From: an uncultured Acidimicrobiia bacterium
Lineage (GTDB): Bacteria > Actinomycetota > Acidimicrobiia > Spongiisociales > JAOTWH01
NCBI GenBank assembly: GCA_964347285.1
Contig: CAYFYE010000001.1
Coordinates: 20,931 to 84,930, forward strand
Direction: 5' to 3'
Length of the DNA stretch: 64,000 nt
This document shows, in pieces, positions 9,294 through 18,523 of this stretch. Position 1 is the stretch's first letter. The number at the start of each line of letters is the position of its first letter. The position numbers and the translations under genes were made by a program. The notes beneath the pieces were generated by a model that did no database searches, was not told where the DNA came from, and worked only from the letters and a program-made list of their open reading frames with translations.

Positions 9294-10301
9294 GTGAGCC
9301 CACGGCCCGTTCTCAACGTCGAGAATCTGACCACAACCTTCGATACCGAGGACGGCCTCGTCAAAGCGGTCACCGACGTCTCGTTGCACGTGATGCCGGG
9401 CGAGGTGCTGGCCATCGTCGGCGAGTCGGGCTCGGGCAAGTCGGTGACCGCGCTTTCGATCATGCGCCTGCTGCCCAACACCGCCGTCACCACGGGCACG
9501 GCCAACCTCGACGGCACCGACCTCCTGGCCCTCTCCGAGAAGGAGATGCGCCGGGTGCGAGGGCGGGACATCGCCATGGTGTTCCAGGATCCGATGACGG
9601 CCCTCAATCCCGTGTTCACGGTGGGCAATCAGATCGCCGAGGCCATACGGGTCCACAACGACGTCCCCAAGAAGGTCGCTTACGACCGGGCCGCCGAACT
9701 TCTCGACCTGGTGGGCATTCCCGAAGCGAGCCAGCGGGTGAAGGCCTACCCGCACGAGTTCTCCGGAGGGATGCGCCAGCGGGCCATGATCGCCATGGCC
9801 ATCGCCAACGACCCCATGCTGCTGATCGCCGACGAGCCCACCACCGCGCTGGACGTCACGATCCAGGCGCAGGTACTCGAGGTGATGACGACCGTCCAGG
9901 AGGCCACCGGAGCGGCCATGATCCTGATCACCCACGACCTCGGCCTCGTCGCCGGCGTGGCCGACCGGGTGCAGGTGATGTACGCCGGCAAGGTCTTCGA
10001 GACGGGAGAGACCCGGGACGTCTACTACCACAGCAGGAACCCCTATACCCGGGGCCTGATGTCGTCGATCCCGCGGCTCGACGAACGCACCGACCACCGA
10101 CTGAGCCCGATCTCCGGCGCCCCACCCAGCCTCATTCGGTTGCCGCTGGGATGCTCGTTTCGGCCCCGGTGCGAGTACCGCCGGGACCGCTGCCTCGTCG
10201 AAGAGCCCGAGCTGCGCGAGATCGGGATCGAGCACGCCTCCCGCTGCCACTTCGCCGAAGAGCTTCCCGAGTTCGATCCCCGGGAGGCGGTGGCCGGATG
10301 A
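9294..10301 (+). CDS. ABC transporter ATP-binding protein (DppD/OppD type)
   Basis: Walker A GESGSGKS, signature FSGGMRQRA, Walker [14 protein letters not shown]-terminal oligopeptide-type extension. Confidence 0.88.
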   Translation: MSPRPVLNVENLTTTFDTEDGLVKAVTDVSLHVMPGEVLAIVGESGSGKSVTALSIMRLLPNTAVTTGTANLDGTDLLALSEKEMRRVRGRDIAMVFQDPMTALNPVFTVGNQIAEAIRVHNDVPKKVAYDRAAELLDLVGIPEASQRVKAYPHEFSGGMRQRAMIAMAIANDPMLLIADEPTTALDVTIQAQVLEVMTTVQEATGAAMILITHDLGLVAGVADRVQVMYAGKVFETGETRDVYYHSRNPYTRGLMSSIPRLDERTDHRLSPISGAPPSLIRLPLGCSFRPRCEYRRDRCLVEEPELREIGIEHASRCHFAEELPEFDPREAVAG

Positions 10302-11443
10302 GCGACGCCCGTTCCGAGGTGTTCGCCGCCGAGACCGGAGAGGCCGACGGCCGCGTCCTCGAGGTCGTCGATCTCGTCAAGCACTTCCCGATTCGGGCCG
10401 GGCTGCTGCGCCGCCAGGTGGGCACGGTGTATGCCGTCGACGGGGTGAGCCTCTACGTCGACCCCCACGAAACGCTGGGGGTGGTGGGGGAGAGCGGGTG
10501 CGGCAAGACCACGCTGGGTCGGACCATCTTGCGTCTCCTGGAGCCCACGTCGGGCCAGGTCCGCTACCGGGGGGAGAGCGTCGTCGACGCCGACCGCAAG
10601 CGGATGCGGATGCTCCGCCAGCACATGCAGATCATGTTCCAGGATCCGTTTGCTTCGCTCAACCCCCGGATGCCGGTGCGCGACATCGTCGCCGAGCCGC
10701 TTCGTATACACGGCACCGGGAAGCAGGAGGCCCGGGAACGGGTCGGCGAGCTGCTCGAAGCGGTCGGCTTGTCCCCGGAGCACGGGAACCGCTATCCCCA
10801 CGAGTTCTCGGGGGGCCAGCGCCAGCGCATCGGCGTCGCCCGGGCCCTGGCCCTGAACCCGACGCTGATCATCCTCGATGAGCCGGTGTCGGCCCTCGAC
10901 GTCAGCATCCAGGCCCAAGTCCTCAACCTGCTGGAGGATCTCCAGGACGAGTTCGGGCTGAGCTACATGTTCATCGCCCACGACCTCTCGGTGGTCAGGC
11001 ACATCTCCGACCGGGTCATGGTCATGTACCTGGGGAAGGTGGCCGAGATCGCCGACCGCAACGAGCTGTACGAGAGCCCCGCCCACCCCTACACCCACTC
11101 CCTGCTGTCGGCGGTGCCGATCGCCGACCCGGACCTGGAGCGGCGCCGCAAGAGGATTCTGCTCGAAGGTGACTTGCCCAGCCCGGCCAGCCCGCCCAGT
11201 GGATGCCGCTTCCACACCCGGTGCCCGATCGCTCAGGCCATTTGCGCCGAGGGAGAGCCGGAACTCGTCGAGGTGCGCCCGAATCACTGGGCGGCGTGTC
11301 ATTTCTCGCTCGGGCCCGGCGAGACGTTGCTGGAGCGGGTCCGGGGGCTGGGCCGAGAGATGCAGATCCTGGAGTTCGGTCAGGCCGGACACGCCGAACC
11401 CGACACCATGCCGTTCGAGGACGCCCCGGGGTCGGGCGACTAG
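10298..11443 (+). CDS. ABC transporter ATP-binding protein (DppF/OppF type)
   Basis: ATG 10298 overlaps upstream stop (ATGA); Walker [35 protein letters not shown]. Only the last 381 aa of the 961-aa ORF are real. Confidence 0.88.
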   Translation: MSDARSEVFAAETGEADGRVLEVVDLVKHFPIRAGLLRRQVGTVYAVDGVSLYVDPHETLGVVGESGCGKTTLGRTILRLLEPTSGQVRYRGESVVDADRKRMRMLRQHMQIMFQDPFASLNPRMPVRDIVAEPLRIHGTGKQEARERVGELLEAVGLSPEHGNRYPHEFSGGQRQRIGVARALALNPTLIILDEPVSALDVSIQAQVLNLLEDLQDEFGLSYMFIAHDLSVVRHISDRVMVMYLGKVAEIADRNELYESPAHPYTHSLLSAVPIADPDLERRRKRILLEGDLPSPASPPSGCRFHTRCPIAQAICAEGEPELVEVRPNHWAACHFSLGPGETLLERVRGLGREMQILEFGQAGHAEPDTMPFEDAPGSGD

Positions 11444-11970
11444 GGCGAGCGGCTCTTGCGCCGGTAGAGGTCCGAGGGCACCGCAGACTCCGGCGGGGGT
11501 TTGGCCCGGACGAAGGTCGCCGGAGACCACTCGCTGAGGGCGGCGACCAGCTCGTCGAATTCCCGGCGGCTTTCGACGTGGTTGACGAGGAGGTGCCGGC
11601 CCCGACCCCCGGTGTTGGCCACCAGGCCCCCGTACGTGCCTGGGCGGGGCTCGGAGTCGGGGTCGCCCCCCAGCCACGTCGGACGGCGGCGGGGCGGGAG
11701 CACCCGGCTTCGCTCCAGGGCGGTGACCCGATCCCAGGGGATGAGGTGGCGGCGCAGGTAGCAGATCCGCTCGATGCCCTGGGCGGTGAAGTGCGACTGG
11801 CGCGGGTAGTCGAAGAGGGAGATCAGTCCCAGAACGAACCCGATGGTCAGGATCACCAGCGGCGGCCAGGTCGGCCCGGCGGTGGCCACCCCGAGCCCGC
11901 CGACGGCCATCAGCAGGGCCGGTGAGGCCAGGGCGTTGATCAGGCCCCGCCACGTCGAGTAGATGGTCAT
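11440..11970 (-). CDS. hypothetical membrane protein (two N-terminal TM helices plus cytoplasmic domain)
   Basis: 176 aa ORF, no recognisable catalytic motif; convergent with ATPase gene. Confidence 0.45.
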   Translation of the reverse strand: MTIYSTWRGLINALASPALLMAVGGLGVATAGPTWPPLVILTIGFVLGLISLFDYPRQSHFTAQGIERICYLRRHLIPWDRVTALERSRVLPPRRRPTWLGGDPDSEPRPGTYGGLVANTGGRGRHLLVNHVESRREFDELVAALSEWSPATFVRAKPPPESAVPSDLYRRKSRSP

Positions 11971-12036
11971 CGATGGGAGCTTAGGTCACGACCAGATCTC
12001 TGGCCGCAGGTTGCGGGCGGTAGAATCCGCCTCCCC

Positions 12037-12122
12037 GTCGGAGTGGCGGAATTGGTAGACGCGCTAGGTTGAGGGCCTAGTGGGCTTTGTAGCCCGTGGA
12101 GGTTCGAGTCCTCTCTCCGACA
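12037..12122 (+). tRNA. tRNA-Leu (anticodon GAG)
   Basis: Acceptor gtcggag/ctccgac; D-arm GGCGGAATTGGTAGACGC typical of tRNA-Leu; anticodon loop ttGAGgg at 12069-12075; long variable arm gggctttgtagccc; T-arm GGTTCGAGTCC; discriminator A. Confidence 0.82.
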
Positions 12123-12146
12123 CCGCGGAGACAACGGGAGGTAGCG

Positions 12147-12395
12147 GTGGAGGAAAAGGACCTGACGCTCAACCTGCACCTGGCCGAGGACGAGACCGAG
12201 ACCACGGTCCACGCCATCTTGGACCTGAGGGGCGACCATTTCGAATCCATGGGCAAGGCTCGGCGCAAGCCGACCGACCGGCCCATGCCGGTGATCGGCG
12301 AGGAGCTGGCCGTGGCCCGGGCCCTGGCCGATCTCGTCAACCAGGTGATGGAGGCGGCTCAGAGCAAGATCGAGCAGTTCCTCGAGCCCGACTGA
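12147..12395 (+). CDS. DUF1876 family protein (Rv2632c/Rv1738-like small protein)
   Basis: GTG start behind GGGAGG; the ATG at 12096 would overlap the tRNA. Sequence ...RKPTDRPMPVIGEELAVARALADLVNQVMEAA resembles the mycobacterial Rv2632c C-terminal half. Confidence 0.55.
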   Translation: MEEKDLTLNLHLAEDETETTVHAILDLRGDHFESMGKARRKPTDRPMPVIGEELAVARALADLVNQVMEAAQSKIEQFLEPD

Positions 12396-12416
12396 GCGAG
12401 ACGCTCGCCGCCGAGC

Positions 12417-12854
12417 TCAGAACCCGGTCGCCTCCCGTAGCGCCGCGGCTGCTCCCTCCACGACGCCCATCGTGAACGCCTCCCGCTCGAACCAGTAGTC
12501 CTGGCCGGGAGGGGGCGGCTCCCGCCCCGTTTCCTTGCAGTAGAAGGTAGGCAAGGAGTGGGAGGCGGGGTCGAATGCGATTTGGCGCCACCATTGACCG
12601 GCCCACGCAGCGACTCGGGTCAGTTCCTCGATGCCGGCCTCTTCACGGGCCCACCGCACCCCGAGGTCGTAACCGGCCTGGTAGCGAGCATCGTCGTTTC
12701 CGTCGTGAGCGGACGCGTCGTACCGAGGCTCACCCACCAGAGGGTCACCGAGGGCCTCGGTGAGGGCCCGGCGACATATCCCGGATACCGGCAGGCCGGC
12801 CGTCTTCACGGCGCGATACAGGTCATCGGGCAAGTCGATGGTGACTCGGGCCAT
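12417..12854 (-). CDS. hypothetical protein with N-terminal ribbon-helix-helix (CopG/ParD-like) domain
   Basis: Start MARVTIDLPDDLYRAVK (ATG 12854); the rest of the 312-aa ORF upstream is antisense/out-of-frame overlap with ocd; C-terminal 100 aa unassigned. Confidence 0.5.
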   Translation of the reverse strand: MARVTIDLPDDLYRAVKTAGLPVSGICRRALTEALGDPLVGEPRYDASAHDGNDDARYQAGYDLGVRWAREEAGIEELTRVAAWAGQWWRQIAFDPASHSLPTFYCKETGREPPPPGQDYWFEREAFTMGVVEGAAAALREATGF

Positions 12855-12898
12855 GGCCGATTTGTCGGCGAAGGCGGGCCGGGGCTGTAGCGAATCGG

Positions 12899-13765
12899 TC
12901 AGAGCGAGATGCCGATGTCGAGGTCGGCGGCCCGCTCCAGGGCCCGCACGGCCGCGGCCACATCCTGGCTGGCGATGCCCACCGATTTGAAGAACGTGAA
13001 TGGGCGATCGGGTACCTCGAGACGCCCCGCCAGCAGATCGCCCAGGGTGCCGTCCGGCCGGCGATCCGCCTGCAGCAGATCGCCCGCCTCGGCCGCCGCC
13101 GCGGTCAGATCGTCCACCACCACGAACGCGTCGTTGGTCACCTCCGGTGGAATCTCGATCATTTCGGGGGTGAAAGCACCGATGGCGTTGAGGTGGGTTC
13201 CAGGACGGACCGAATCGGGCGAAAACAGGGGCGACGTCGCCGGCGTGGCGGTGGTCACCACGTCGGCCATGCCTACAGCCTGGGCGGACTCCGTCACCAC
13301 CTCGCCACCCACGCGGGCCGCCAGCCGTCCGGCATGAGCGGGTGTCCGGCTCCACACCAGCACCCTCTCTATCGGCCGGGCCGCCGCGACGGCGGAAATC
13401 TGGTCGGGTGCCATGGCCCCGGCTCCCAACATGGCCATCACCGATGATTCGGGTCGGGCCAGCAGGCGGGTGGCCAAGCCGGCACCGGCACCGGTTCGTA
13501 TTGCCGTGAGGGTGGGCCCGTCCACCAGCCCCATCGGCCGTCCCTCCTCGTCGAATACGGCAACGATGCCCTCGGGGCTGCCGGGGGTGGTGGAGACCAC
13601 CTTGACTCCGGTGTAGGCACCGACCCTCCCGGGCATGAACAGGGAATGGCGCAGCAGCAGGCGTTGGGGCACCTCCCGGTCGTCGCCGAAAGCGAGCTCC
13701 ATGGCCGAGATGGCCTCGGCCATGGGAAGAGCCCGGCGCAGGGCCTCGGCGTCGAGGTACCGCAT
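12899..13765 (-). CDS. ornithine cyclodeaminase / mu-crystallin family protein
   Basis: 288 aa; Rossmann GAGAMA; OCD_Mu_crystall-like throughout. Confidence 0.8.
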   Translation of the reverse strand: MRYLDAEALRRALPMAEAISAMELAFGDDREVPQRLLLRHSLFMPGRVGAYTGVKVVSTTPGSPEGIVAVFDEEGRPMGLVDGPTLTAIRTGAGAGLATRLLARPESSVMAMLGAGAMAPDQISAVAAARPIERVLVWSRTPAHAGRLAARVGGEVVTESAQAVGMADVVTTATPATSPLFSPDSVRPGTHLNAIGAFTPEMIEIPPEVTNDAFVVVDDLTAAAAEAGDLLQADRRPDGTLGDLLAGRLEVPDRPFTFFKSVGIASQDVAAAVRALERAADLDIGISL

Positions 13766-13797
13766 GGGCCGACCCTACTGCGGCGTATGGTGAGCCG

Positions 13798-15027
13798 ATG
13801 GATCACGGCCCATCCCCGTGGCGATCGCTGGTCGGTCTGTCGGCGACGGTGGCGGTCGCCTTCGGGGTCCTGTTCTACGCCCTGTCGGTTCTGATCACCG
13901 AGGAGGCGGCCGGGTCCGATTTCTCGGTGACCGCGCTGTCGCTCGGCTACGGCGGGTCGGTGCTCGTCGGCGGTTTGCTGGCCGTGGCCGTGGGCGGCCG
14001 GATCGACAGGCGAGGCGTCCGGGGGGTCGTGATGCTGGGGGCGGTGCTCGGAGGCCTCGGTCTGGGGGGCATCGCCGTTTCCCGCCAGCCGTGGCAGGTA
14101 GTGGCGGCCGCCTGGCTCCTGCTCGGCCCGGCCGGGGCGATGACGTTCTACGAGCCTGCCTTCGTGGCCGTCGATCAGTGGTTCCAGGGACGACAACGGG
14201 CCAAGGCGCTGGCGGTGCTGACAGTCGTCGGGGGACTGGCCGGGCCGATCTTCCTTCCCGTGACCGGCGGCCTGGTCGGCTGGCTGGGCTGGCGATGGAC
14301 GGCGGCACTGCTGGGCGGCACGCTGCTGGTGGTGGGCACGGTGGCCGGGCTGTGGCTCCTCCCGCCCGGCCGAGGGAGGTCGTCGGGTCCGGCTCGCCAA
14401 ATCGGACTGGCCGCAACGGTCCTCCGCGATCGGCGATTCGTGCTGTTCTCGGCATCCACCGCGCTGACGTTCGGATCACTCCAGGCCATCTTCTTCCATC
14501 GCATCGCCGTCTTCGAAGAAGCAGGGTTCGCCGTGGCGACGGTGGCGGCGTGGGCGGCCGTTTCCAGCGCGCTCAGCTTTCCCGGCCGCTACGGAGCCCC
14601 GTTCCTGGCGGCCCGCATCGACGCGGTGGCCGTCCAGGCCTCCGCCGTGGTGGCGGTGGCCGCGGCCACCGCTCTGGCGATCGGCGTCGCTCCGACCTGG
14701 CGCATGGTCGGGCACTTCGTCGTCTTCGGTCTGGGGTTCGGAGCCCTGCTGCCGCTGCGGGCCCTGGTGATGTCCGGCTGGTTCTCGGGCCCCGGATACG
14801 GCCGCATCATGGGGGCGCAGTGGACGGGCGCAGCACTGGCCGGAGCGGCCGGGCCCATCATCGTGGGCGTCCTCGCCGACGCCACCGGCGGATATCGGAC
14901 ACCGATAATCGTGGTGACCGTGGCCCTGGCTGTGGCGGCGTTGCTCTCGCTACTCAGCGGGAGAGCTCGGGTCCCCGCCGGGGCAGATCGAAGCGATAGG
15001 GAAGCTCCAGCCGGTTGGCCCGCATGA
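13798..15027 (+). CDS. MFS transporter
   Basis: 409 aa, about 12 predicted TM helices, Gly/Ala/Leu-rich; divergent from ocd; 3' end overlaps nikO convergently (74 nt). Confidence 0.7.
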   Translation: MDHGPSPWRSLVGLSATVAVAFGVLFYALSVLITEEAAGSDFSVTALSLGYGGSVLVGGLLAVAVGGRIDRRGVRGVVMLGAVLGGLGLGGIAVSRQPWQVVAAAWLLLGPAGAMTFYEPAFVAVDQWFQGRQRAKALAVLTVVGGLAGPIFLPVTGGLVGWLGWRWTAALLGGTLLVVGTVAGLWLLPPGRGRSSGPARQIGLAATVLRDRRFVLFSASTALTFGSLQAIFFHRIAVFEEAGFAVATVAAWAAVSSALSFPGRYGAPFLAARIDAVAVQASAVVAVAAATALAIGVAPTWRMVGHFVVFGLGFGALLPLRALVMSGWFSGPGYGRIMGAQWTGAALAGAAGPIIVGVLADATGGYRTPIIVVTVALAVAALLSLLSGRARVPAGADRSDREAPAGWPA

Positions 15028-15712
15028 GCTCGTCGTCGCCGAGGATGGCAGCGGTGGGTCCGTCGGCGACGATCCGCCCGTGGTTCATGACCATCGCTCG
15101 GGAGCAGAGATCGAGGGCGTAGGGGAGGTCGTGAGTCACCATCAGCATCGTGATGTCGAGCTTGCCGAGGATGTCGGCCAGCTCACGTCGGCCGGCCGGA
15201 TCGAGGTTGGAGGAGGGCTCGTCGAGGACGAGGATCTCGGGTTCCATCGCCAGCACCGCGCCGATGGCCACTCGGCGGCGCTCTCCATAGCTGAGATGGT
15301 GCGGGGGACGGCCGGCGGCCTCGGCCATCGCCACCGCTTCCAGGGCGGCGGCCACCCGGTCGTCGAGGGCGGCGCCGGAGAGCCCGAGGTTGGCCGGCCC
15401 GAAGGCCACATCATCGTGAACCGTGGGCATGAACAGCTGGTCGTCGGGATCCTGGAAGACGATGCCGACCCGGCGCCGCACCTCCGTCAGGTTGCCCTGA
15501 TCGATGGGTACACCCCCTACCCGAACAGTGCCGTCGTCCGGCTCCAGTAGCCCATTGAAATGGAGGATCAGCGTGGTCTTGCCGGCTCCGTTGGGCCCCA
15601 GCAGGGCCACCCTCTCGCCCGGGTGAATGTGCAGGTCGGCCCCGGCCAATGCCTCATGGCCGTCCGGATAGCGGTAGCGGAGTCCACGGACCTCGAGGGC
15701 GGGAACGCTCAT
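14954..15712 (-). CDS. ECF transporter ATPase (CbiO/NikO)
   Basis: Start [22 protein letters not shown] (ATG 15712, ATGA overlap with upstream gene); Walker [34 protein letters not shown]. Confidence 0.85.
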   Translation of the reverse strand: MSVPALEVRGLRYRYPDGHEALAGADLHIHPGERVALLGPNGAGKTTLILHFNGLLEPDDGTVRVGGVPIDQGNLTEVRRRVGIVFQDPDDQLFMPTVHDDVAFGPANLGLSGAALDDRVAAALEAVAMAEAAGRPPHHLSYGERRRVAIGAVLAMEPEILVLDEPSSNLDPAGRRELADILGKLDITMLMVTHDLPYALDLCSRAMVMNHGRIVADGPTAAILGDDELMRANRLELPYRFDLPRRGPELSR

Positions 15713-16467
15713 TGGATCACCAGTGCGGCGGCGGCGATGGTCCAGGCGGCGATCACCGGAAGGGCGCCCAGGGCCCAGTCGGCGGGGCCGGGCCGTCCCG
15801 TACCGAGCCGGGGCATGCGGCCCGAATAGCCCCGAGCGGCCATGGCCCGATACACCCGTTCGCCCCGCTCGTATGAGCGGACGAACAGCGTCCCTGCGGT
15901 GGCGGCCAGCACCCGGGCCTGACCCCACCAGCGAGGGTCGTAGCCTCGCGCCGCGAGAGCCATACGCATTCGGCGCAGCTCGCCGCCCACCACGTCGAGG
16001 TAGCGCACCATGAATCCGGCGATGGCCGTAATGGGGGCGGGGGTGTGCAGCCGATCGAGACCGGCGAGGATCTCGGGGACCGGCGTGGTGGCCGCCATCA
16101 CCACCGAGGCGGTGGCTCCCAGGAGAGCCTTGGCGGCGATGTTCCAGGCCGCCCACAGCCCCGAACGGGACAGGCCGAGGGCTTCCACCTGCTCGCCGCC
16201 ACCAATGAAGGGGAGCAGCGCGGCAAACAGAAGGAACGGAATCGTGACCGCCAACCTCTTCAGCAGGAAGGGCCCGGGAACACCGGCGATCGCCGCGATC
16301 ACCAAGCAGATGAGGGCGTAGGCACCGAAGGCCCAGACCTGGTGACGGGGAGTGATGACGACCGCCACCACGAACAGCACCAAAGCGGCCAGCTTCACCT
16401 CGGGGGCGAGCCGATGCAGTCGGCTGTCGCCGTGGAGATAGAGGGCGTGGGCGTGGCCGGCGCTCAC
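15709..16467 (-). CDS. ECF transporter transmembrane (T) component CbiQ/NikQ
   Basis: GTG start at 16467 overlapping upstream stop (GTGA); LDPRVKL-like N-terminus (LHRLAPEVKLAALVLFVVAVV); C-terminal ARGY...RAMAARGY motif. Confidence 0.72.
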   Translation of the reverse strand: MSAGHAHALYLHGDSRLHRLAPEVKLAALVLFVVAVVITPRHQVWAFGAYALICLVIAAIAGVPGPFLLKRLAVTIPFLLFAALLPFIGGGEQVEALGLSRSGLWAAWNIAAKALLGATASVVMAATTPVPEILAGLDRLHTPAPITAIAGFMVRYLDVVGGELRRMRMALAARGYDPRWWGQARVLAATAGTLFVRSYERGERVYRAMAARGYSGRMPRLGTGRPGPADWALGALPVIAAWTIAAAALVIQ

Positions 16468-17429
16468 CGGCCGCGCCGCCGGCGCGGCCAGAGGGCGAAG
16501 ACGGCGATACCGACCCCGAACGTCACCGTCGCCCCGATCACGCCGGACAGACCGGTGCCGGCGGCTTCGCTGTCGACGGCGTCTACCTTGTAGCCGGCCA
16601 AAGGTGAGGCGGCGGCTCTGGTCGGCTCGGCCTCCAGGGCCAGGCCGGTGTCGCGGGCCACCCTTTCCAGTCCGTCCGGCTCGGGGCTGGCCAAGGGGGC
16701 TACAAGAAGAGCCAGGACCAGGCCGAGGACCACCGCCGCCGCCCCGAACCAGCGAGCTGCCAGCTTCTTGGGGGTGACCGCTCCGAGGCGCCGGGCCCCC
16801 TCCACCAGGTCGGGACGGATGGCCACAACGGCGCCGATGATCGAGGCGGTGATCAACCCCTCGCCGATGCCGATGAGAACGTGTACGCCGATGACCGCGG
16901 TGGCCACCGCGCCGACGGCGACATCGCCCGAGCCTCCGAGGGCGTACTCGATGGCGAAACCTGCCGAGGCGGCCACCACCGACAGCAGCCCGGCTACGAA
17001 CGATCCGGCCACGGTCGCCGAGCGGTTGCGGGGGAGCAGACCGGTCACCAGCCGAAAGGCTGCCCATCCGATCAGCGTGGTGATCACCGCCAAGTTGAGG
17101 ACGTTCAGCCCCAGAGCGGTCAGGCCCCCGTCGGCGAACAGCAGGGCCTGGACGATCACAACCACCGACACGGCAACGATGCCCAACCACGGTCCCACCA
17201 GCACGCCGGCCAATGCTCCGCCGAGGAGGTGTCCGCTGGTTCCGGCGGCGACCGGGAAGTTGATCAGCTGGAGGACGAAGATGAAGGCCGCGGTCAAGCC
17301 CGCCAGCGGGACGCGGCGATCCTGCAGGTAGGCCCCGGCCCGGTGCAGGCCGACGCCCAGCCCGCCGGCGGCAGCTGCTCCGGCGCCCAAAGCGGTGGCG
17401 CCGCTGATGAAACCGTCGGGGATGTGCAT
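16464..17429 (-). CDS. Ni/Co ECF substrate-capture component, CbiM-CbiN (NikMN) fusion
   Basis: Starts MHIPDGFIS (hallmark metal-binding CbiM/NikM N-terminus). About 230-aa CbiM core plus a C-terminal extension with 2 TM helices and a periplasmic loop (CbiN/NikN-like). Confidence 0.8.
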   Translation of the reverse strand: MHIPDGFISGATALGAGAAAAGGLGVGLHRAGAYLQDRRVPLAGLTAAFIFVLQLINFPVAAGTSGHLLGGALAGVLVGPWLGIVAVSVVVIVQALLFADGGLTALGLNVLNLAVITTLIGWAAFRLVTGLLPRNRSATVAGSFVAGLLSVVAASAGFAIEYALGGSGDVAVGAVATAVIGVHVLIGIGEGLITASIIGAVVAIRPDLVEGARRLGAVTPKKLAARWFGAAAVVLGLVLALLVAPLASPEPDGLERVARDTGLALEAEPTRAAASPLAGYKVDAVDSEAAGTGLSGVIGATVTFGVGIAVFALWPRRRRGR

Positions 17430-17434
17430 TCGTC

Positions 17435-17459
17435 TCTTATTGCGATCGGTTCGCAATAA
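17435..17459. promoter_or_regulatory. perfect inverted repeat CTTATTGCGA-N5-TCGCAATAAG (Nur/Fur-box-like operator)
   Basis: Seen directly in sequence, 6 nt upstream of the nikMN start codon and 6 nt downstream of the Fur-family gene stop; half-sites resemble Streptomyces Nur box tTGCaa-N5-ttGCAA. Confidence 0.5.
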
Positions 17460-17464
17460 GCAGC

Positions 17465-17914
17465 CTAGCCCAGCGCGCTTTGGGACGGCTCGCAGTCCCG
17501 GCACAGGCCGGTGAGGGCGAAATGGACCCCCCGGACGGTGAATCCATGGCGAGCGGCGATGGCATCGAGGACCGGAGTGATCTCGTCAAGAGGGACGTCG
17601 CAGGTTCGGCCGCAACGCTCGCAGTAGAGGTGGTGATGACCCTCCCGCCGGGTGAGATGGAAGACGCCCGGGCCGTGACCCAGATGGACGTGGTGCAGGT
17701 ATCCCAGGCCCTCGAGCACGTCGAGCGTGCGGTAGACCGTCGACTGGTCGATTCGGGGACCGGTGCCGGCCCGGGCCCGTTCGACGATGTCGGCGGCGCT
17801 GAGATGGGCCCCTTCGGCGGCGGCCAGCACGTCGCAGATCGAGCGACGGGCGGCGGTGATCCGCAGTCCTTCGGCGCGCAGGGCGTCGATGAGCTCTTCG
17901 GCGGCGGTGGCCAC
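17465..17914 (-). CDS. Fur family transcriptional regulator (likely nickel-responsive, Nur-like)
   Basis: 149 aa; winged-helix N-terminus, His-rich metal site HHVHLGHGPGVFHLTRREGHHHLYCERCG, CxxC...CRDC structural Zn site. Confidence 0.8.
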   Translation of the reverse strand: MATAAEELIDALRAEGLRITAARRSICDVLAAAEGAHLSAADIVERARAGTGPRIDQSTVYRTLDVLEGLGYLHHVHLGHGPGVFHLTRREGHHHLYCERCGRTCDVPLDEITPVLDAIAARHGFTVRGVHFALTGLCRDCEPSQSALG

Positions 17915-17957
17915 CGGCCGATGGTACCGGCGGCGCCCTCATCCCCCGGGCGGCTGG

Positions 17958-18440
17958 TCAGGAGCCCCTCGGGGAGGGCCGCCAGAACAGCAGCAGCTGC
18001 CCGGCTGCGACGGCGAGACCCCCGGCGGCGAAGCCCAGGCCCACCCAGCCATCCAGGATATCGTCGAGGCCGACGGCATGGTCGAGCGAATACTCGCCGG
18101 GGCCGAGCATGGCGAGGGCCAGGCCGGTGAGGGCCAGGGTGGCCACGTACTCCCATCCCTCGGTGGGGCGAGCGGTCACGAAGAACCCGACGAAGCGATG
18201 CACGCTCCAAAAGGCCACGAACATGATGCCGATGATCCCGGCGGCGGCCAGGCTCGTGAGGAAGCCGGCGACGAGGAGGACACCGACAATGAGCTCGGTG
18301 GCGGTGGAAGCGAACCACTGCAGCTCCGGATGGCGAAAGCCGATGCCGGCGAACCAGTTGCTGGTTCGCTCCCGTCCACCGGCATGCTTCACCCCGTGGG
18401 CCAGGAAGATCAGGCCCACCCCGACCCGCAGCACCAGCAC
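17958..18440 (-). CDS. DoxX family membrane protein
   Basis: 160 aa, 4 TM, LVLRVGVGLIFLAHGVKH... typical DoxX. Confidence 0.7.
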   Translation of the reverse strand: MLVLRVGVGLIFLAHGVKHAGGRERTSNWFAGIGFRHPELQWFASTATELIVGVLLVAGFLTSLAAAGIIGIMFVAFWSVHRFVGFFVTARPTEGWEYVATLALTGLALAMLGPGEYSLDHAVGLDDILDGWVGLGFAAGGLAVAAGQLLLFWRPSPRGS

Positions 18441-18523
18441 GGCGACGTTGAACGGGACCGCGATTTCCTCCTCGACCGGCCGAGTCTATCGGCGGCCCCG
18501 CCGCCGCCCTCTAGGCTCACCTC

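Noticed and set aside
8310-10250. 646-aa ORF on the minus strand
   Set aside because: Antisense to the dppC/dppD-type genes, which have clear motifs. Gly/Arg/Asp-rich low-complexity translation with no recognisable domain. Long stop-free antisense frames are expected at about 70% GC
8558-11443. 961-aa plus-strand ORF
   Set aside because: Only the last 381 codons (from ATG 10298, ATGA-coupled to the preceding ATPase) are a real ABC ATPase. The upstream 580 codons overlap dppC/dppD in another frame and are Arg/Pro/Gly-rich nonsense
12096-12146. ATG start for the DUF1876 gene (MEVRVLSPTPRRQRE...)
   Set aside because: Would overlap the tRNA-Leu gene. GTG at 12147 behind GGGAGG gives a protein matching the family length
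17437-18318. 293-aa minus-strand ORF overlapping the Fur-family regulator and DoxX
   Set aside because: Different frame from two supported genes; His/Arg/Pro-rich artefact
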